A DNA stretch of 61,873 bases, counting the filler, from Nemertoderma westbladi (taxonomy: Eukaryota; Animalia; Xenacoelomorpha), in the NCBI GenBank assembly GCA_032718475.1. It is 3 parts of 3 records of this genome, joined end to end, with 100 filler letters (N's around TTAATTAATTAA, not from the genome) between each part and the next. Parts side by side here need not be neighbours in the genome. Positions count along the whole stretch, not along the records: positions 24,076 to 52,689 come from JAUCBJ010001996.1; 2 more parts are not named here. One strand, given 5' to 3'. Position 1 is the stretch's first letter. Each line of letters opens with the position of its first letter. A program made the translations under genes and the position numbers. Shown piece after piece: positions 35,555 to 49,300 of the stretch. The notes under the pieces were generated by a model. The model made no database searches. It saw nothing but the letters and a program-made list of their open reading frames with translations, and had not been told where the DNA came from.

Positions 35555-35815
35555 GTTCCGGTCTTCGAACCGATGGGGGGTATATCGAATAGCTCCTCTA
35601 CCACCGGACTGACACCGAACGACTTTCCGAGTCCTTCCGGGTTCGATTCCACCCAGGATCATGGGACATTCGAACCGCCAGGGGGTCTATCGAATATCTC
35701 CTCTACCGCTGGACTGACACTGAGTCCAAGCGACTTTCTGAGTCCTTCCGGGTCTGATTCCAGCCGGGAACATGGGACATTCGAACCGACTGGAGGCATA
35801 TCGAATATATCCACA
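35555..35815 (+). repeat. ~106-111-bp tandem repeat, about 2.5 copies
   Basis: TTCGAACCG..GGGG..TATCGAATA..CTCTACC..GGACTGACAC recurs at 35563, 35669 and 35780. Confidence 0.75.
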
Positions 35816-35820
35816 ACCTA

Positions 35821-36690
35821 CCCAGGCAACACGGACACGTTGAATCAACGTTGTTAGAAGGTTGACACCGTTGATTAATGGTTAGCGTATTTTTTCAACG
35901 GTGTTGTAATGTAGATGTTACGTTGAAAAATAAACAAAATATTAGTAGTATATTTCAACCCAGAGTAAATGTTGAAACAACGTTGCATAAAGGTTGTCAA
36001 AATTACAAATTATTAGTTTAATCCACTAAAACCTTCTATGTACGTTGATATGAAGTTGCAAATTGTGCCTCAAACCAACGTTATGCAAATTACGTTATAG
36101 CAACTTTAGCAATTCAACCATACAATCTACCATGTTATTTAGTTGAACTTTAAATGTTGCATCAACGTTAGGAACTTAACCACAAATACCTATTTTAGTT
36201 TTATATCAAGGACTAACATTGATACAACGTAAGAACTTCAACCATGATGCCAAATTTTTACTTGTGTTATTTATATTACGTTATTATATTGTTAATAATA
36301 AAACCAAAAATACTTACTCTGTATGCGTTGAATATTATGCGTTTGTGTAACGTTAACAAATCAACTGCAATAACTAGTTTTAATTTTTCTGAAATGTTAC
36401 TGTTTCCTCAACGTTAAAATTCAACGACAATGAACATAATTGTATTTTTGTTAAATATTATACGTTGATACAATGTTACCAATTCAACCAACAATTCCAC
36501 AGTGTGCAAGAGTTAAATATTATACGTTGAAACAATGTTACCAATTCAACCAACAATTCCACAGTGTGCAAGAGTTAAATATTATACGTTGAAACAATGT
36601 TACCAATTCAACCAACAATTCCACAGTGTGCAAGAGTTAAATATTATACGTTGAAACAAGGTTACCAATTCAACCAACAATTCCACTCTT
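35821..36690 (+). mobile_element. Terminal region of an EnSpm/CMC-like DNA transposon with AACGTT subterminal repeats and a 62-bp tandem array (36455-36690)
   Basis: Starts CCCAGGCAACAC; dense CAACGTTG/TACGTTG motifs; 62-bp unit, about 4 copies. Confidence 0.55.
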
Positions 36691-36839
36691 ACATACACGA
36701 ACCCTATCGCCTTGTTCAGACAATGGTAGATAAAATATCCAGAAATTATTCCGTTTCATCTTGGCACCCTGTATCACCAGTGATGGATTCAGGGTAATTA
36801 TTATAGATCCACCCCCACCCCACTTCAAGATTCCAAAAC

Positions 36840-38053
36840 CTAAAATACAAACGAAGTGGGGCGGGGGTTATGAACTATCAAACTCCTGAATCCATCACTA
36901 ACCTCAACAGACTCTGTTGTCCGTCGGGTTACATCTTTTCGTTCGACTAATGTACCAACAAATGCCTGTTTTTCACTCCAAGTGGGCATTTTCCAGAACT
37001 GATTAAAAATAGCCTGCCTTTGTTCTTCCATCAATAACCTACAACGGACAGTTTTATTGTCACCATCCTTGCATTGACATGCTTCTTTGAGATTTCTCGC
37101 GGGCTTCAAAACCTGTTGATTTTGTGTAGCTGAATGATAGGCAAGTCCAACAACTCGCCGCCGTTTATTTTTATTTCGCTTCCAAAGCTTTGGCTGCGCG
37201 CTTTACCTCTCTTCATGCGCTTGCGTTTTTCTGCTTGTGTATTTTTAGAAGATGAAGCGGAATGGATTTCATTATCCGCACTACAGCTAGGCTTCTCCGA
37301 TTTCTCTTCGTCATCATCACTACTACTATTACTTGTCATCACCCATTCCGAGTCACTATTATTGTCATCTGTAGTACTTGTATCGCTATCACTTATACTC
37401 CATTCGATATTATCGGCCACTTTTGTACAGTCAATAGTGTCAACTGTACCAAAACCGCCGAATTCGACAACAAATCCTTTGAACGGTGCTCCTACTCCCA
37501 ATGAATTGTTTTCAGTGATGATAGCCGGTTGCGGCTGTACCATATTATTTTCCGGTACCGGTGGGACTGCCAATTCTGGTTGCGCCACGTTTTGTACGGT
37601 ACTGTTTATTTCCTCTAATCTTAATAGTTCGCTTAGTACATCATAGTCAATGGTTGACATTTTCAAAGTTCTAGGCGGATCAGAATAACAAATTAAATTC
37701 TGAATCCGGCATACGCCTACACACATACAATAATTTATGTCAACATGCTGACAGTTACACGTTTTGAGCAGAACTGTACATACAACTCTACACTAAACAG
37801 ACAGCCGACAGCCGTACTGTATAAGTTCTAATATACAAAATTTGTAGATGAGGCTTTTTTGCTCTTTGAATTGAAAAAAATTAGCCAATCATGTTTTAAG
37901 GCCCAACTTGTACACGCTATAACTCTGGATCGGATTGGCCAGAAGCTTTAAGGTTTATACAGAAGATGCGCCTGACACAGTAGAATCCCTTTAGCAAATA
38001 AAATTTTTTTCGAAATTTGTAGATGAGGCCTTTTAATTCTTAAGGGGCGATAT
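36840..38053 (-). mobile_element. 5' portion of a Sola-like DNA transposon with frameshifted N-terminal transposase
   Basis: Acidic N-terminus, then KEACQC..RCRLL.EEQRQAIFNQFWKMPTWSEKQAFVGTLVE; terminus ATATCGCCCC; subterminal repeat AAATTTGTAGATGAGGC at ~37838 and ~38013. Confidence 0.55.
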
Positions 38054-38426
38054 GTGTTTGTACATTAAGTTTGCAATGATTTAATTTGATTTTTATTCAC
38101 TGCCATTATCAATATATCATTTTGTACTTCGCGAATGTTTTTTTGTTTTCTTTTGTCAATTGTGGATTGTTACTGCTCACTCTGATATGTTTTATATTAG
38201 GCCTATCTAAATTCGTGTTGTGAATTGAAACTTTTCTGTAAGTTATCTACCTCATTTGTTTTTTTTATTTCTCTACTTAGCTTCAATTATTGATAAGCAC
38301 TAATATTATTATAAAACACCTTCAGTTAATTTCAGTTCCGAATTCAGTTCAGTCTCAGTTCACAGCATTATTTGCTATATCATATATATTGTTCGTGGTA
38401 ACTTTATTCTGGTCATTTCTTTAATC

Positions 38427-41400
38427 ATGGTGGTGTGTCCATACTGCAAAGTGAAAATTAGTTCATTTCAATTATATCGAAATCATCTCAGATTTGTACA
38501 TTTCAAAAAAGTGCGAGGAGAGCGACTACTTTGTGGACAGGATGGATGTAGCATAGACTACTTTAAATTTGAATCTTTGGAAGATCATATTAAAAACAAA
38601 CATATTCTGGGTCTATCACTAGATGTAGAGCAATCAATTGCCAGTGAATCTGTGAGTGGAAGTGAATGCCATGAAACAGATAATGATAATTCTAATATTC
38701 GGGTAATGACAATCATTTAGAAGAAATCAAACTATTAATGTCAAATGGAATAATTAATTTTAATGGTATGCAAATAAGTAGCATTGGGTTGAGTTTCATT
38801 TCAAAATTAAGAGGGAATGCAGCTGTGCCTTGGAGTGTCACTCAAAACTTGATATCTGAGATTGATACCTATTTTATGCAACCATTTAAACTTATTAGTA
38901 ATGCTTTAAATTATATTTTGGAATCAAATACGGACTCTTATTCGGTGGAACTCTCTGTATTACGGGATGCGCTGAAAATCTACTCAGATCCCTTTAAAGG
39001 CATTAAATCAGAGTATATGCAACTCAAAGTTCTTGAGCAGATTGGAGCATACATCCCACCCAAATCATTTCCTGTTGAGCAGACTATGGATGCACACCAT
39101 GTAGGTCAACCAAGTAATCTAGTATATAAAACAAAGCTCTTATCCTGTAATTACATACCCTTAGAATCCCTTTTTAGAAAGTTTTTATCTTTGCCAAATG
39201 TTTTTAATACCGTTATCGAATATTTATCTTCTACCACAGAATCCGATATGATTTGTGATTTTAAAGATGGACTTATTTGGAAATCAAACGAAACTAGGTT
39301 GAAATATAAGGACGATAAGAACTGCATAGTAATTCCTGCTTTTTTATATCACGATGATTTTGAGGTTTGTAACCCATTAGGATCTAAGGCAAATATTCAT
39401 AAAGTGGGCAATTCTTATATTACTTTAAAAGGTATTCCTCCTCGTATTAACCCTATTAAACCCCCGTGGTTTTTTTATTATAATTCTGAAACAAACGCAG
39501 TTGGGAATCTGAAATTTTATGACTTTTCCTAAAAATCTATTGTCTTCCTAGTAGTGAAAACCGTTTTCAAAAATATTGGGTACTTTTCGAGTTATAGCAC
39601 CATTTTTTAACCCTACTTTTGGCACTTCTTTTGAGACGTTTTTTGAAAATTACATTTCATTAAATATGAATTGTAACATCTCTATTTTCGATTTACACCG
39701 GTTTTTTGGTGTTAGAAATTGGATGGAATTCATATAAATTGATTTAGAAATTTCAAACTTGTTTTTTTCGGTGGGTGCCAAATTTTGGTGCCACCACCAA
39801 ATTTTGAAATATGTCAATTTTGTAAATTGATTGTTTGAAACTTGTTTTTTTACGCAATTGGGGTTTTTTGGAGTTCTGGATTCGATAAAATATATACGAG
39901 TTGCACCAAGCGTATCAAACTTGTATTTTTTCGGTGCTGTGTGCAAATTTTGGTGCTAGCACGAAATTTTGAAAATCCATTCAATAGATAAAATTGCTTG
40001 TGACAATTTATTTCTTGCGTTTTAGAGGTTTATGGCTGTTCTGTATTCAATGGCATATATAATTATCGAACTAGACATCTCAAACTTGTATTTTTCGGAT
40101 GTGGGTGCAAAATGTTGTGCTAGCACCAAATTTTGAAAACCATCAAATAAATCAATTGATTGTGTCACCTTGTTTCTTGCGTTATAGGGGTTTGTGATGG
40201 TTCTGAATTCAATGGAATCAGCAAAAATTTCATAAGAGTTCTCAAACTTGTATTTTTCGCCGGTGGGTGAAAATTGTTGTGCCAGCACCAAATTTTGGAA
40301 AATATGCAAATTGATCAGTAGATAGTATCACCTTGTTTCTTGCGTTATACGGGTTTATGAGGGTCCTGAATCCGATGGAATCAATAAAAACAGCACTGGA
40401 CATCGCAAACTTGTACTTTTTGGTGATGGGTACGAAATTTGGTGCTAGCACCAAAATTTGCCAAATTACGCCGAAAAATACAAGTAGCAATGATCTGGCA
40501 TATTAGAAATGTATTCCATTAGAATCAGGGCCCTCGAAAACCTGAAAATGTGAATTTATAGCATCGTATAAGTGAATTAAAAATTTTGTGTTCTAACTGA
40601 AAAGTGCTGGTTACTTGTTTTTTTCATTTTTTTCCTACGCAGAGAGGACTAAACAGCCATTTATAATAATCATATCATTTTTAAATATTTGCCAATGTAT
40701 TTTGCGCCCCAGAAAACCTGTATTGAAAAATAATTAGCCGAAAATGTAACTTTCAAATTTTGTGAAAATTGTGCACTACTTGTAATTTTGGTGCTGCAAT
40801 ATAACCACCCCAGTACATTTTTTCGAAAATTTTTTTTTTCGGTCGGATCCAGACAAGTGATACCTACGTACAAACAAAAAATCAGACGTTTTCGTAAATA
40901 TTTGTAGATTTTAGAGGGGGGGGGTCAATATGACCCCCTCCCGGTATTTGTACAACATTTTATAGCCCGGTACTAATAGGGTTAATAGTAAACTGTCTAA
41001 TTTATTTATTTCCTTTATGCACAGTGCTTCAGACAGAGCTCAATTTGGTAATAATATTTTTCAAATTTTAATTGATAATCTATGTAAGTTGGAAATTGAT
41101 GGAATTGATATTACTTATAATGGTGTAAATTATAACGTACGAATTGTAATTTCCCAATTACATGGTGATAGATAACCTAGACCTTAATGCATTACTAGGA
41201 TATATTTCAGGATTTACGGGAAACTTTCCCTGTCGGTACTGTAAATGCCACAGAAATAATTTTATAAATATGTGGACAGAAGATAAAGGAATTTTGAGAA
41301 AATACTCTGATTATGACAGTGATATACAATGTAACGATCCATCATCGACAGGTATAAAAGAATTTTCTATTTTCAACCAACTGCCTTCATATCATGTGTC

Positions 41401-42475
41401 TAAAAATTCCACATTTTACATTATGCATGACCTATTTGAAGGTGTATGCATTTATGTCATTTCCGCAGCCCTATACAAATTTATATTTGTTGATAAAATG
41501 TTCTCAGTGAATGATTTAAACCGACGATGTAAATCTTTTGCGTTCGAACATTCTTCCTCTGTGCCATTTTTTCAAGAAGAAAAACTTCGAAGTAAACACA
41601 TTAATTTATCTGCGGTTCAAATGCTTAATTTTACACTTGGTTTGCCGTTACTAGTTGGTGATTTTGTAGCTGTTAATGATCCTGTATGGAAGGTGTTGTT
41701 GAAACTTAGAGAAATTGTTATTTTTAGTATGGCACCAAATTTTAACCAAAGTGAAATATCATTATTTTCTGTATTAATTTGTGAATTTCTTGAAATATAT
41801 GTACGTACATTCAACCCTGATCGTTTACAATTTAAATTTCATAATTTGATTCACTACCCTACATCAATTATTCAGGCAGGCCCTCTTCTAGGAATGTGGT
41901 CCATGAGATGTGAGGCAAAGCACGCCCCGCTTAAGAAAACAGCTTCAGTTGTGTGTAATTTTAAGAATATAGTTAAAACCTTATCAACGCGACATCAAAT
42001 GTCCCAGGCATATAAATTCTTTAGTTGTACAGGTGTAGGTATAAGTGGTGTAGATATGCAAATTAAACAACCAACAGCAACTCAATTGCAAAGACTAACA
42101 GAAGTTTCAGAATTAAACTCCCTGTTGCTGGATTATGGCATTATAAGGGAGATAACGTCATGTTCAGCAATGGAGTTGTATTCGGTTGACTATTGCTTAG
42201 GAGATTTTGTATGTTTTGGTTTTGATATTTCTTCTCTACCTATATTTTGTTCTATTAATAATATATTAATTACCGATTCTAATCAGTATAAGATAATTGT
42301 TAGGCCATTGTTAGTTTTAGGTTATAGTGAGCATTTTCAGTCCTATGAAGTAGAAAAGTGTCCTACTAACCCATTGTCAGTTATTGATGAAATTGAACTA
42401 CTCTTATCACCGTGGCCTCTCAAACTTCGTTCTAAGAAAAATAGCTTATATATTTCTCTGCGTCACAGGCTGTAA
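38427..42475 (+). pseudogene. Animal EnSpm/CMC-type transposase with N-terminal C2H2 fingers, disrupted by a MITE and frameshifts
   Basis: CPYC..H...H; LYHDDFEVCNPLGSKA..HK; IDNL..GF..NFPCRYC; IMHDLFEGV; KFHNLIHYP..GPL..WSMRCEAKH. Removing 39451-40985 restores GIPPRINSKLSNLFIS. Confidence 0.85.
39451..40981. mobile_element. 1.53-kb piggyBac-type non-autonomous element with TTAA target-site duplication
   Basis: TTAA|CCCTATTA ... TAATAGGG|TTAA; internal degenerate ~160-170-bp repeats (AAACTTGTATTTTTC..GCACCAAA). Confidence 0.9.
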
Positions 42476-42907
42476 TGTGTCCCTTATGTTTTAAATATTC
42501 TTAAATTATAGATTTGTTATTTTTGGTTCTATATAAAATATTATTTTTCGTTGTACATTATTCGTTGTAACTTTGGAGCCGTTCATAAATTATGTCGCAG
42601 TTTCTTCTACTTTTAACCCACCTGCCACTCTCCCTTATAATTCATTTTTTAAATATAATAATTATATATTAAGTACCTCGAAATTATAAACCCCCTCGCC
42701 CTCAGCCATCACCTTTGCGGCACCCTGGATGCCACAGTTTTGTCACGAAGTTGCTGACCCTCATCGCACCGCAACATTATTTTTAGATGGTTCCTAATAC
42801 GTTTTGTACTTTAGTAAGTAATGTGTTTTATATATGTATATTTTAAATTGTCATTAATTAGTTTTGCTACTTTTCATTTATTATTAGAAGTATATATTAT
42901 GGAAGCA

Positions 42908-43140
42908 GGACAATTCGGTCCCGGACAATTCGGTCCGGACAATTCGGTCCCGGACAATTCGGTCCCGGACAATTCGGTCCCATTAATTTTATGTTTTGGG
43001 ACCGAATTGTCCGGGACCGAATTGTCCGGATACTGACTAGGACAATTCGGTCCCAAAACATGCATATTAATGGGACCGAATTGTCCGGGACCGAATTGTC
43101 CGGGACCGAATTGTCCGGGACCAAATTGTCCGGGACCAAA
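42908..43140. repeat. 15-bp GGACAATTCGGTCCC arrays in alternating inverted orientation (MITE-like)
   Basis: About 5 forward units, 2 reverse, 1 forward, then about 5 reverse. Confidence 0.8.
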
Positions 43141-43429
43141 TTATTATACTTGTAATATTTAGCCCAAAATATTTTCGTTGCCCCTATGGGCCCTGCTTAA
43201 TTGATTGTAACTTGAGAAAAATACGCCAAACTTATTGTAACTATTAGATTTATTTCGTTGTGAGATTTTAATTTTAAATATAATATTCAACTTGTTATTT
43301 CGCATAGATAAACTTTTTATTAACTGGGTTCTGGGTTAACTTATTTCAACAATGGATTTTTAATTGAGGTCGCCTGGGCGTGGTGAAGCTATATTTGAGA
43401 TTTCGCAATATATGTAAACTGGTTATATT

Positions 43430-43688
43430 AATTATTTAGCAAATATTTTGCCAAAATTATTGGCATTGTATATTGCCAAGTCACAATTGTGTATTGGCAA
43501 TATAGCAAATATACAAAAACAAATTAACAATATAAGTGGATAATTTGACAAAATTATATTAGTAAAATATTTGACAATATAATATTGTTAGTTTAGCAAC
43601 ACCTCTTGACAGACGCATTTGCCAATATTATATTGTCACAATGGCTTTTTTTTTTGTCAGTTTGACAATTCTTTTTTAAGAGTGTGTG
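43430..43688 (-). mobile_element. EnSpm/CACTA-like terminus
   Basis: Minus strand begins CACACTCTTAAAAAAG; subterminal (T)TGACAA/TGCCAA/CAATAT repeats. Confidence 0.45.
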
Positions 43689-44076
43689 GTGTAATGTGAT
43701 GAACTCCCTTATTCCTTTTGTTTTGTAAAGTTAAATAGGCCTACTAGTAACCAGATTAACTAATTATATTTCTTTGTAATACATTTAGATGACTTTGGGG
43801 ATTCACATAATGATACTCTGCCGATCCCATGTGTCAATCTCAATACAGGCTTCGACACCAATGATCGATCATTTCTCAACTCCAATGTTCTGTCGGATGG
43901 GCCTCAACATACTACAGGTGATGATAAATATATTTCGTTCTTACTTGCCCATTCAACTTCTTGCAAGGCGTGGCTGATGGCTCCGAAATCAATTAATTGT
44001 ACTTGTACATTTTGAATATTGTTTTCTCTACTGTCACTCGCGGATCATGTGTTCTTTCAAATGTAGGGTATATTAA

Positions 44077-44768
44077 CCCTATTCCACCTGGGGTTGGGCA
44101 GAATCTGCCCAACACTTTTTATTTTTAGAAATTCATCATGATGATTTTTATGTATTATTATGAAATTTAATGACTTTTCCTAGAATTTAATTGGCTTTCT
44201 GATGGTAACAAAATATTTTTTTCATCATTTATACTTTTTGTGCTATGGTGTGTTTTTAATATCATAGTCACATTTTTTATTATAATATCTTTATTAGCCT
44301 AACTGGTAGAAAAGATAATCCCTGGTTGGATAGTAGTACACATCAATCACATTATTTTTTAATAACAAAATACTAAACTGACAGATCAGCAAGCAATAAG
44401 TCTACTAGGATAAAACAACAACCACCATTGAAACCAGTATATTCCTAATGTAATACAGCAGACATAAACAGAGGTGAATAAATCTATTCAATAACAGCAC
44501 CCCTGCAAGCAAAATTTTCACTTGGGATGTCTGGCAGAGTTAGGCAGACAGTGGTGTTGGGAGGAGTATGTATATAGTATTATCTCATCTTTTTACTATA
44601 ATGGGTTATCTTCATGATAATTAATTTATATGGATATATTATTTAAAATTATGATTATATAAAACTCAGAACAGATGCATTATATATTTTTCTATAAACC
44701 TGCGAAAATTTGGAAAGTTTTCCAACCCCAGGTGGAATCTCGGACAAAAGAGCCCGGGTGGAATAGCG
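44077..44768. mobile_element. 692-bp piggyBac-type MITE with TTAA TSD
   Basis: TTAA|CCCTATTCCACCTGGG ... CCCGGGTGGAATAGCG|TTAA. Confidence 0.85.
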
Positions 44769-46386
44769 TTAAATTGTGTCATTACATAAACTTATCCGTA
44801 ATGGATAAGTACGTGGTGATTGATACTAACAGACTCATTATAATGGCAATTATTGCCTTAAAATAAGAATATGAATAAATAGTTCGTGAAGGATATTTAA
44901 GAAGAAAGGCATATGCTGGTGTCAATATGTGCTTTAGTTGCGGGTGTTTTACTTATTTATTTAATTAGCAACAACCTTGGGCAATTTAATGCCCCCATTG
45001 TATACAAACAATCAACTGCAATAAACAATGTACAAACAATACAAAACAAACAATGTATAGTTTCAAACTTTCAATGTAGTTACTAACTCTGTAATCAATC
45101 ATGCAGACCGCAATTGTCTAATTATTATTAAGCTATTATCTATCTATATATATAATTATGAGTAATAGTCGTATACTTTCCGGGTAAAATTGTATTCATT
45201 TTTTGGGTTACATAATTTATATTATATTAACTATTATTTCAGGTAGTGAACCTACAACTACGAAAACCTAATGGAGACCCGCTCTCGCTGCGAAAAACGA
45301 GGCCATGCGGAAGAGGGTTCGTCAAGAGCTCTCTCGGGAAAGGGCGGAGAGCACTGCTGCTCCAGGTTTATTCTATTGATAATTCGTAATACTTTTGGTC
45401 ATGTATTATAAGGCAAATAAGTATATTTTACTACTAGACTGTACCTGTAGAGAGGCAATTGGAAACCGTATAGAGGACACAGCAAGTGTTACGCCAGTCA
45501 AGAGCACCCAGCACAGGTCGACCACCTGTTAGTGACTTACATTTTACTTACCATCTGTATTTACTACTAAATAGGTCCGCTTTATGTATAAATATAATTA
45601 CACAATATCACGCGCAGTCAAATCTAATGAAATCTTATATAGTGTTAGACTATGCGACTTTAGTTAAGTAAATAGTTAGGCCTACTTTAAGTTATTAAAA
45701 AAAGAAAAATTGATAAAAATGAATTCATTAGTTTAAAAACAGTAGAAAAATCTGAAACGAATTTAAAATGGTAAGAAACGAATCGAAATTTCCATAGATT
45801 GATAAAAATACGTTCTCATTGCAGCGTGCATTGAGAATGCTGTGCCGACTTGTCGACAAAATTGTGCTGCCACAACTCCCTATCACACATGACATTTGCT
45901 AGATGATTCGCATATTCAAGGCCAGTGTCCTTTACTATAGGCTTCTTAAGAAAGTCTTTGTCTGTCCATCGTTATACCATCCATATACCGCATACAATAG
46001 GCTCTATAATATATTTATATACTTTGTTATTAATCGGTTTTCTATTTATGGTTTAACCTTCTAACGCCCACTGTTCCCAAATGGGAACATGGTTTTCAAA
46101 GGCCTGCAAAATGCCATTGGAGGGGTTTGGAGAATATTTTTTCAATGAAGTTGGTTCATAAAGAGTGGATCTTTGATTTTTGACAGAAAAACCCTCGTAT
46201 AACCCACAGTGTGTATGTTTAATTCGCAGTCAAAGTTAGGGAAAAATTAAGATTTTTTATTTTTTACGATTACGAATTTTGTGTGGTACCTAGTGGGTAT
46301 CCAAAAATAAATTTTTATGTTTAGGACATTATTTTGTGTTCATAAGATATGGTACTAATTCCTAAAGTCACTATTTTATCAATTAA

Positions 46387-49300
46387 GGGGGGACATCACA
46401 CCTTGAAGTGTACTTTGTGTGTCCGAACTTACATCACATGTAACTTTTGAATGGCTCTACACCTGGCAACAATTTATGGTTCATTTTAATAACAAAACAC
46501 TAAATTTAAAAAAAAAAAAAATTTTTTCACCTAATTATGATAATTAGATGTTAATGAGCCGTCTTAATTAGCATAATGTATTATAAACCAGTTAAAAATA
46601 TAATTCACTACTACTACTGTATTTTTAAACGAATTTCGTAAATTCCTTTTACATTAGTTTTATAATTTCATGGACTGTTATTTGAATTACCAAAATTTTT
46701 TTTTTCACTCTGGGTACAAAGATATGACGTCATCAAGTCTCAAAGATTCAATTTTTCGTTTTTTACTGACAAAAAAGCTTATAACTTTGTATCAACGTCA
46801 AATATCAAAATTTTGGTAATTCATATTAAAGCTTGAATGTTTGGCTACAAGATGCCGAAAACAGAATCAAAATCCATCCAGCGGTTCAAAAGTAGTAGCA
46901 AAAAACGTGCAAAAAAATTATTTTTTTGAAAATCTGAGAAAAACGGCTTTAATTAAAAATTATTTTAAATTACAAACAAAGTTGTAGAGTCAGTCTGTCT
47001 GTTTGTATGATATTTGTTTCTAACTTCTAACTCGAGTACCACAAAACGAATGATGCTGAAACTTCGCATGGAGACACATATCGCCCTGAAATCAAACCAG
47101 ATTGCAATAATTTTTTTATTTATTTATAACTAATATAGTTATAATTAAAAAGGTAATAAATTTCGCTATTTAAGAAAACTATTGGTCCTATGGGAAAATG
47201 ATGAATTTGAAAGTTGTAGAGAAACATCAACTTAGAGAAAGGGTGAATTAAAATTTTGTTGCAAAGCCCGTGTTTCTGAGCTATAGTAAATCAAAAAAAT
47301 TCAAATTAGTGGGGGCCTTCGCGCAGCACGTCTTTTGCAAAATAAATGTATAGTTGCAGTGCAGGATTCGCGGTTAGTATGATAATAATTGCAATAATTA
47401 TAATGAAGCACAGGGAGAAATATAGAAAAATTGTAAGAATTTGTTCTAAAATAAAATGAAAATATGAAAAATGTTCTAAACGAAATTAGAATTAATTAGA
47501 ATGCTCCGCCTTGATAAGTGGAAGTGTCCTTGGCAACTTTAGCTTTCTTTGACGGCTTGATTGTAAGACTTTTGGCTACACGTTTTCGATCTCTTTGTCT
47601 ACAGGATCGTAAAAGGGCTAGTCCAGGATTTAGATTGATGGCATTGGCTATAATCATTGTGGTTGAAGCACCTCGATTGTGGATCAGGGCTGTATAGTAA
47701 GCATGGAAAGAGAGAGTTGATAGCCCTTGGAACTTGTCCTTTCCAATACGACCCCATAGGCGGCTGTGTATGGATTCGTTCTGGTTTTGGGTCAAACCTG
47801 GCAGACAACGCTTTATTAGTTCAGGGTCTGTTAACCTATCGTACACCGGCATTATGAACTGGTGCCACTCAGGTTTGATGAAATGTTTGTTCTTATAGCT
47901 GGGGTCCTTCTTCTTGAATTTGCACCAAGTTTCAGGGCAAAACTTATGTTGCTTCCGGGGATCTTTATAGTTCGTGTAGTGATGGATGGCTGCTTTGATA
48001 TCTGTGGTAATGGTTTTTATCAGATTGGTCAGGGCAGAATCGGATAGTTCTTTATAGTTTACATTAGCGACATGGGAAACGATTGTATTCCGGTAAAAGC
48101 TGCTAAGCTTATATATGTTCTTCTGTGTCAAACCACCAACACCTCCAAGTTTTTTAGCTTGCCGAACATTCTCCAGGCCATGAGTAACTCTTTTAGCAAC
48201 GTGATTGATGCATTCCAATTTCTCCACAGGATAATCATCACCATATGGGGCATTGTCTCGCAATGTTGCAAAAACTGAACTATCGCCGTCGCTGAGCAGC
48301 TCTTTGTATCTCAACTTATGGTATTGGATTGAACGGCCCCACATTTGTTGAGCTGCGAATGTCTCCATAGCTGCACTAGTACCGGTGAAGTTTACTGAAC
48401 AGTTATGCTGTGGAACTTTCTTTGAACTGCCAAATTGACGGCAAGTATAGCATGACTTGGAGACCACAAATGTGTCGAGTACAGCACCAGATAGTGTAGA
48501 CATGACGTAAGCAACACAGTAGAGGGAAGTATGGCCACGCTTTTGCCATGTTGCATCGAAAGTAACTGCAACATTATATATAGTGGCTGGTGTTGAAAAT
48601 TCGTCATCAGCAGCCATTAGTAACCAGAGCTTCCGGCCCTCATTATTGCTGTTACCAATAGATAACCTTTTCGTTGCATCAGCTACAGTACGAACCAGAA
48701 CCCTCCAGCGACTATCATGGACTGGTTTTAGACACTCCATAACTTCCGAGAATATTGTAGCATAATTACGGGTACCCCCCATAATTAGGAAAGTCAATAC
48801 AGAACGCAAATTAATGATGCGAGCTGAATCATTAGAATTGTTAGCTGTCGCATTTTCAAAGTTGTATGCCAGTTTACAGTGATGACAGCGCAGATGTAGT
48901 GAAAAATAAAACCCACGAGTTAGCACTGGCTCGATTAATAAGTTTCCTTGACAGTTATGGGAATGAACTGCCACAATACAGTTTCTGAATGCCTCATACT
49001 CTATGATTCTATTGCCATCATACAGTTTAGAAGTTGGCGCAGACGTATTCTCACCTGTCATTCCCAAACGATCAGTTGTGAAACTACGGTGTTTCTTCTT
49101 TTTGCTAACATTACCGCTGCTACACAAACCGCTATCTACTTTACTTTGCCCCCCAGATGAAGTGGAAATTACAGTATCTTTTCCATTATCGGTAGAAGAA
49201 TCTCCTTTCTTGCAAATATCTGCATATCGGGTACCCTTGAATTCCTTGGAACGCGCCTGACGTGACCGGCGGGGCATAACAGTAAACTTTCACAATACAG

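Noticed and set aside
34289-35820. Hammerhead ribozyme associated with the Penelope element
   Set aside because: The CTGATGA hits I checked (e.g. ~34983, also ~5326 and ~19713) lack the flanking stems and a correctly placed GAAA; only a covariance search could exclude it fully.
42821-43139. PDNSV / GTELS repeat proteins
   Set aside because: They are translations of a 15-bp DNA repeat.
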